DNA of 64,000 nt, from assembly GCA_964022095.1 (NCBI GenBank), contig CAXHZO010000006.1, positions 1 to 64,000 of the forward strand. The letters are read 5' to 3'. The notes beneath the pieces are model-generated. The model had not been told where the DNA came from. It made no database searches and was given only the letters and a program-made list of their open reading frames with translations. This DNA is from an uncultured Arcobacteraceae bacterium (GTDB taxonomy: Bacteria; Campylobacterota; Campylobacteria; Campylobacterales; Arcobacteraceae). Positions 58,794-64,000 of the stretch are shown here, in pieces. Both the position numbers and the translations under genes were made by a program. The stretch's first letter is position 1. Every line of letters starts with the position of its first letter.

Positions 58794-60982
58794 GACTAGT
58801 TGTTTTATTTATTTTAACTTTTAATATTTTAATTGCCACTGCTTTAGACCCATTAACTCTTGCAAAAGTAAAAAAAGCAGTACAAAAAGAAGAGTTAGTA
58901 GCTAAAGCATACAAAGAGTATTTATATGACAAGGGTGCAATTCCTTCAATAAATACTTTAATTTCCAATAATTATTTACCAAAGGGATTTAGTAGTATTA
59001 ATCCTTTTGGTAAGCAAATGATAATTAATGTTAATATAATCGAAAATACAATTCCTGATAGTGTAAAAATAAATGCATATGATTATTACTATACAAGTAA
59101 GTATAGAACAAATACTGTTGAACCCCTAAATTTAGATAGTGATGAAGTAAAAATCAAATTAAGTAAAAAAGAACAAATTATTTTTGAAAAAAGAAGTGAA
59201 ATTGATAATGCTAGTCCCGTAAGTGAATATAAATTAGAAGATGGAGTTCTAAGTTGGTATGATTCAAATGGAAATTATATGTTCTCTTATGATGGAGATA
59301 AACTTATTGTAGATAGTACCGTAACAATTTTAGATGCAGCTTCTAACTTTGCTTCTAACTTTGATACTATGACTTCAGGTTTTAGGCATGCTGGTCAAAC
59401 AATACTTCAAGAAAGTAATGGTGTAGTTGAAGATTATATAACTCTTGAGGAAGGTGCAGTTGCTTTAAATGAGTTTACAAAAAGTTATGGAGCTACTAAA
59501 ATACAGTTTACAAGACGTGCTGGGGGTATGATTGTAAATGGAGATATTTATACTTGGGGAAATAATGAAAATAGAATTACAAGTATAAAAAGTGATGATT
59601 TAACAGGAGATAGAAGTGATACAGCTCCTGTTATTAATGCTTTAGTAAGAGTAAAAGCTAATGTACCATCTCGCAGTGTAGATGGAGTAAATTTAGGAGA
59701 TGTTACTTCTGTGAAATATTTTTCTTCTCCTATGCGACCAAGGTTTGTTGATTTTCATGCAACTGTTTATTCTAGTGTTTGTGGAGTTACAAGTAAAGGT
59801 GAGCTTTTTTGTGGTGGAACAACAGGAAAAGATCAATCTTTTGGAACAATGTTTACTCACCTAGATAAACAGGGATATAACGATGAAATGTTATATCGAA
59901 GTACATTTTTTGATGGAGCAGCTGATTCACCAAAAGCTAAAAAAGTATTTTCAAATAACCAGATATGGCATATCTTAAGTGAAGAGGGAGATATTTATAG
60001 ATGGGGTTATGATCATTCTGGTTTTGCTGGAACAGGAAACAAAAGATGGAACTATTATAGTAGAAATACTCATCTTGACCCAGAGATAATACCTGATACA
60101 GGTGCTAAATTTGATGATATAACTTATCTTTTAACTATTGGATACAGAAAAATTGGTGCATTATCAACTACTGGTGATATTTATATTTGGGGTGTTGAAA
60201 CTAAAAACTCTAATAATTATGATTGTACTGAAACTTGGGAATATAAATATTATAATTTATGTGAACCAACTAGAGTAACAACATCAAACTCTACAATGAC
60301 TGAAGATCTTACTTTTAAAAGTATTAAAGGTGGTCTTGAGGCATTTATAGCTCAAGCAACAAATGGAAACTATTATAAAATATATCATCCTTTAAGAAAG
60401 AAGATTCAAGTTGAGTCTTTAAATGAAAAGATTAAAACCTATTCTGAGTATAATGAAGCAGATGATAGTAGTATTTTATCAATAGATTTATCAAGTAAAT
60501 TAAATGGTTCTACTTTAGAAATAAACAAAGGAATTGTTTGGGTAAATGGAAACAATGAATTAAAAGGTGATTATTTTACTGCTGATAATAGTATAGATAG
60601 TTTATTTAAAGATGCAATATCTAAAATAAAATGGAAAAAAATAAAAGTAATTCAAGATGATAATGGTATGTGTGGAATTGATGTCAATAATCAAATGTAT
60701 TGCTGGGGTGTAATGTCATATTATAGAGGAGATACTCCTAGTTCTGATGATATTGATAGAATGGGTAATACTTTTATGATACCTGTTTTTAATTCTAATT
60801 TATATGATTTAAAAAAAGATTTTTTAGTGGTTGAAGGTGGTCTTGATGGAAGTAGAGGTTATCTTACAAATATGACATCAGATGAATGGAAAACTACAAA
60901 TAGTGATGGATATAGTGGAGCATTTTTTATGAAATACCCTACATATGTTGGTGGATTTAATTTTGAATTTGAGTTTAAATAA
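58790..60982 (+). CDS. Second large exported adhesin-like protein, paralogue of 50291..53176
   Basis: KEELVAKAYKEY, LISNNYLPKGFSSINPFG, GDIYTWGNN, GDIYRWG, GDIYIWG, MYCWG, shared C-terminus. Confidence 0.65.
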   Translation: MRLVVLFILTFNILIATALDPLTLAKVKKAVQKEELVAKAYKEYLYDKGAIPSINTLISNNYLPKGFSSINPFGKQMIINVNIIENTIPDSVKINAYDYYYTSKYRTNTVEPLNLDSDEVKIKLSKKEQIIFEKRSEIDNASPVSEYKLEDGVLSWYDSNGNYMFSYDGDKLIVDSTVTILDAASNFASNFDTMTSGFRHAGQTILQESNGVVEDYITLEEGAVALNEFTKSYGATKIQFTRRAGGMIVNGDIYTWGNNENRITSIKSDDLTGDRSDTAPVINALVRVKANVPSRSVDGVNLGDVTSVKYFSSPMRPRFVDFHATVYSSVCGVTSKGELFCGGTTGKDQSFGTMFTHLDKQGYNDEMLYRSTFFDGAADSPKAKKVFSNNQIWHILSEEGDIYRWGYDHSGFAGTGNKRWNYYSRNTHLDPEIIPDTGAKFDDITYLLTIGYRKIGALSTTGDIYIWGVETKNSNNYDCTETWEYKYYNLCEPTRVTTSNSTMTEDLTFKSIKGGLEAFIAQATNGNYYKIYHPLRKKIQVESLNEKIKTYSEYNEADDSSILSIDLSSKLNGSTLEINKGIVWVNGNNELKGDYFTADNSIDSLFKDAISKIKWKKIKVIQDDNGMCGIDVNNQMYCWGVMSYYRGDTPSSDDIDRMGNTFMIPVFNSNLYDLKKDFLVVEGGLDGSRGYLTNMTSDEWKTTNSDGYSGAFFMKYPTYVGGFNFEFEFK

Positions 60983-60997
60983 GGAAAAAGAGGAAAC

Positions 60998-62014
60998 ATG
61001 AAAAGAAGTATAGTTTTTATTAGTTTATTAATGATTTTAAATACAGGGATGTATGCAAATGAAATGGAAAATGTTGATAAACTAGATGTTTTAGATAAGC
61101 AATCAAAAGAGTTTTTTAAAGCAATTACAGGTTTAGAAAAAGATTATCTAGAAGAGCAAATAACTAGTATTGAAAGCAAAAAAAATCAACCTGTACAAAA
61201 TAATAATACCACACAAAATAGAGCAATTACTCCTTCTATTCCTGAAGTTACAAAAGAAGAAAAAGAAAAAAATATATTTAAACATCAAAATGAAATAGCT
61301 AGACTTACAACTGATTTTACAAGAACAAAACAACTAAAAGATATTAGAATAAAAAGTATGTACTCTTTTAATGGAAAAAGTTATGTAGTTTTAAAACTTG
61401 ATAATAAAACAGCAAACACTACAGGTGAATTAAGCTCAAGTATCGAAGGACGATATCTAAGTGGAGATTATATTTTAGGTCATAAAATTACATCAGTAAA
61501 TGTTAGAACAAAAAGCATAAAACTATATAAAAAACTTGATAAAGAGTATGGATACAATATATATTTAAGTAATTATGGTATTAGTGTTAGTGATTTAATT
61601 AAGTATGAAATTGATGAAAAAAAACAGAAGAAAAGTAGTAAAACTGTACAAAGAGAAGAGAATAAAGTAAAAAATGCTTTTGCTAATTTAGCTGAATCAA
61701 GTGTTGAGGTAAATACAAATGAAACTTTAAATATACAAAATTTATCAATGCAAAAAGATTTAGTTGATAAGTGTTTATATACAGTAAAAGTTTCAAATCT
61801 AAATGTTAGAAATGCAACACAATTAGATGCTAGAATATTAAGAATATTAAGAATTGATGATCAATTTACAATTGTACAAAAAAGTGGCCAGTGGGTTGAG
61901 CTTGATACAATATATAAGAAAAAATCAGGTGATGTAATGCCAGTAGAAAATAAAAGTAACTGGGTAAATATAACAACTCAAAACGTAAAAGCAACTAATG
62001 AAAGTTGTATATAG
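60998..62014 (+). CDS. Exported protein with C-terminal bacterial SH3-like domain (possible PilP analogue)
   Basis: Signal ending MYA; coiled coil; VKVSNLNVRN...QWVEL...NWV. Confidence 0.6.
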   Translation: MKRSIVFISLLMILNTGMYANEMENVDKLDVLDKQSKEFFKAITGLEKDYLEEQITSIESKKNQPVQNNNTTQNRAITPSIPEVTKEEKEKNIFKHQNEIARLTTDFTRTKQLKDIRIKSMYSFNGKSYVVLKLDNKTANTTGELSSSIEGRYLSGDYILGHKITSVNVRTKSIKLYKKLDKEYGYNIYLSNYGISVSDLIKYEIDEKKQKKSSKTVQREENKVKNAFANLAESSVEVNTNETLNIQNLSMQKDLVDKCLYTVKVSNLNVRNATQLDARILRILRIDDQFTIVQKSGQWVELDTIYKKKSGDVMPVENKSNWVNITTQNVKATNESCI

Positions 62015-62023
62015 GATAATATT

Positions 62024-63094
62024 TTGGAATATATAAATAGTTGTAAAGAGGAAATATCATTACGTTTAAATAAAATAGAACAAGAAATAGTTCCTTTAAT
62101 AAATGATTACGAAACATTTTTTAATATTGAAAAAGTTTTCTCAAGTGAAAATGGTGGGAAAACTAGATTAAATAGACAACTATTTAATGAAAATCATGAG
62201 TCTATTGTTGAAAAAATAGTACAAATAAATGATATTTTTGATGATGCATTAGATATTATAAAATCAAATATTCAATCAATATTAGGTGAATTTAAAGAGT
62301 TTAATAAAGTAGATTTAATTAATTTAATATTTGATGACTCAAACTTTTTAGAGATATTAGAATTAGACTTAAATAATCAAGTTGTAACAAAAGCAAAAAG
62401 AAAGCAAGTTGTAAATGAAATAGGAGCTTTATTAGCTTTAAAAAATAGAATTTTTAATTTGAAATATTATTTAAGTATGTTTGATACAAGTATTTTTGAT
62501 AAACTATTAAATAAGTTAGGTGTTGAAGACTTGATAAATAGCTCTGTGATATTTGAAATTATTGATTCATATGGCTTACAGTTTGATGAATTAACAAAAT
62601 TTAAAGAAGAGCTAAAAACACTTCAACCAATTGAGGAAAAAGTAATTAGTTTTCAATTTTTAAACTCTATTTTAGAACTACATAAAAGAAGAAGTGAAAA
62701 CTTTATTTATGCAAATACTAGATATAAAATTACCATTGATTATAACAATGAATTAGAATTAAGAAAAGCTATTTTAGTAAATAAAGCTTATTTAGAAAAT
62801 ATCATTTCTTATTTTATTGAACAGTCTTGTATGGATTTAGTAAAACAAGAGTTAAAAAAAGGAAAAATCCAGAAGTTTATTGATATTTCTATTCAAAAGA
62901 TTAAAGGGAAATATATTTTAACTGTAAAAAACAATGGATTTGAAGTTAAGAATATTTATAATCTTTTTGTTTCTGATGTTGATAATAAATATATATTAGA
63001 ATCTAAAAACTTAGCAGATTCTATGAATGGAAATATTGAAATATATCCAATACCTGGTGAAGGAATGGTTTACTCTTTTATTTTTAAACCATAA
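62024..63094 (+). CDS. Cytoplasmic protein with degenerate HATPase_c-like C-terminus
   Basis: LTVKNNG and MNGNIEIYPIPGEGMVYSF resemble kinase ATP-binding domain; N and G2 boxes missing. Confidence 0.5.
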   Translation: MEYINSCKEEISLRLNKIEQEIVPLINDYETFFNIEKVFSSENGGKTRLNRQLFNENHESIVEKIVQINDIFDDALDIIKSNIQSILGEFKEFNKVDLINLIFDDSNFLEILELDLNNQVVTKAKRKQVVNEIGALLALKNRIFNLKYYLSMFDTSIFDKLLNKLGVEDLINSSVIFEIIDSYGLQFDELTKFKEELKTLQPIEEKVISFQFLNSILELHKRRSENFIYANTRYKITIDYNNELELRKAILVNKAYLENIISYFIEQSCMDLVKQELKKGKIQKFIDISIQKIKGKYILTVKNNGFEVKNIYNLFVSDVDNKYILESKNLADSMNGNIEIYPIPGEGMVYSFIFKP

Positions 63095-63118
63095 CTAAAA
63101 GCAAATGCTTTTAGTTAT
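63091..63118. terminator. Bidirectional hairpin between convergent genes
   Basis: ataactaaaagca-aa-tgcttttagttat. Confidence 0.7.
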
Positions 63119-64000
63119 CTGCAAAATTACCAATAATCTCTTTTGCTTTTTGTAGGGCTTTATCGCTACTATCTTTGTCAAATGTTAGTGCAACAGCCAT
63201 TCTTCTTCCTACATGGCTTTGAGGCTTACCAAATACTCTAATTAAAGAATCTTTTGTAAATGATGAATCAAATATATCAATTTGTGGATTAAAGCTATCA
63301 GCACTTGCTTTATAAGCTGCACTTGCACCTGCACCATAATCAATATAATCTAATGGAAGACCTAAAACTGCTCTTACATGAAGTGCAAACTCACTAGCAC
63401 TTTGAGTAATCATAGTAACCATGCCAGTATCATGCGGTCTTGGAGATACTTCTGAGAAGTATACATCATCACCTTTTACAAATAGTTCAACTCCAAAAAT
63501 ACCTCTACCACCTAAACCATCAGTAATAGTTTTCGCAACTTCTTGAGATTTGGCTTTTGCAATTTCACTCATATTCATAGGTTGCCAAGAGAAGATGTAG
63601 TCTCCATCTTGTTGTATATGTCCAATTGGTTCACAAAATACTGTCTCTTTTTCATTTCTAGCAGTTAATAGTGTGATTTCATAATCAAAAGTGATAAACT
63701 CTTCAACAATTAATTCACTAGCATCACCTCTAGCTTCTTTTGCTAACTCCCAAGAGTTTTTTAAATCATCAGCACTTTTTGCAATACTTTGTCCATGTCC
63801 AGAACTACTCATAACAGGTTTAATAACACAAGGAAAACCAATATTACTTGCTGCACTTTGAAGTGCTTCAAAAGTAGTTACAAATTCATATTTACTAGTT
63901 GGAAGACCAAGTTCTACAGCTGCAAACTCTCTAATATTTTTTCTATTCATTGTTTTGTTAACAGCATCTGCATTTGGAATTACATGAAAACCTTCATCTT
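63111..64000 (-). CDS. purT: Formate-dependent phosphoribosylglycinamide formyltransferase (5' end outside window)
   Basis: [28 protein letters not shown]; frame open to the window edge. Confidence 0.95.
   Translation of the reverse strand, partial: DEGFHVIPNADAVNKTMNRKNIREFAAVELGLPTSKYEFVTTFEALQSAASNIGFPCVIKPVMSSSGHGQSIAKSADDLKNSWELAKEARGDASELIVEEFITFDYEITLLTARNEKETVFCEPIGHIQQDGDYIFSWQPMNMSEIAKAKSQEVAKTITDGLGGRGIFGVELFVKGDDVYFSEVSPRPHDTGMVTMITQSASEFALHVRAVLGLPLDYIDYGAGASAAYKASADSFNPQIDIFDSSFTKDSLIRVFGKPQSHVGRRMAVALTFDKDSSDKALQKAKEIIGNFADN

Noticed and set aside
50291-60982. Shufflon-type invertible adhesin cassettes
   Set aside because: No Rci-like recombinase, inverted cassettes or repeated sfx-like sites seen; only the N-terminal motif resembles PilV
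1158-61333. Many short overlapping or antisense ORFs in the track (e.g. 1527, 8261, 13335, 15537, 52021, 58516)
   Set aside because: They overlap well-supported genes, have shadow-like composition and lack RBS or motifs
63951-64000. purT appearing short (279 aa)
   Set aside because: The frame continues to the window edge, so it is cut by the window and not a pseudogene

Overview
This is an AT-rich chromosomal window whose gene content and order point to Campylobacterota, most likely Arcobacteraceae (inference). Four parS-type palindromes in the first 15 kb suggest it lies near the replication origin. Most of it is housekeeping: deaD, pit, asnB, hemJ, rarA, rluB, kdsD, rnj, rsmA, hisF, rlmN, gltX, hom, rlmB, rsmI, rpmE, miaA, mqnP, tRNA-Arg(TCG) and a partial purT. 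Two accessory modules stand out. (1) 46.7-63.1 kb, right after tRNA-Arg, is a co-oriented 14-gene type IV filament (T4P/T2SS-superfamily) locus with a lipoprotein secretin, a PilC/GspF platform and a PilB/GspE ATPase. Its pilin-like subunits have no recognisable class III prepilin leader, no prepilin peptidase or PilT is present, and four Sec-exported paralogues share a PilV-like N-terminal domain. Two of those carry RCC1-like propellers, one with a lectin-like insert. This is the best candidate for an undescribed system. (2) 23.6-33.7 kb is a copper locus (CrdRS-like two-component system, CrdA, TolC, CusB, CusA, YceI) joined to a DUF692/MNIO RiPP cluster whose precursor has five CGAGKCG repeats. 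Smaller observations: two genes that appear to start at ATC, several leaderless-type promoters, an anchor-less FrdAB lacking the flavinylation His, a repeat-rod lipoprotein and an unannotated 33-aa membrane protein. All functional calls come from motif recognition by eye; no database searches were run.
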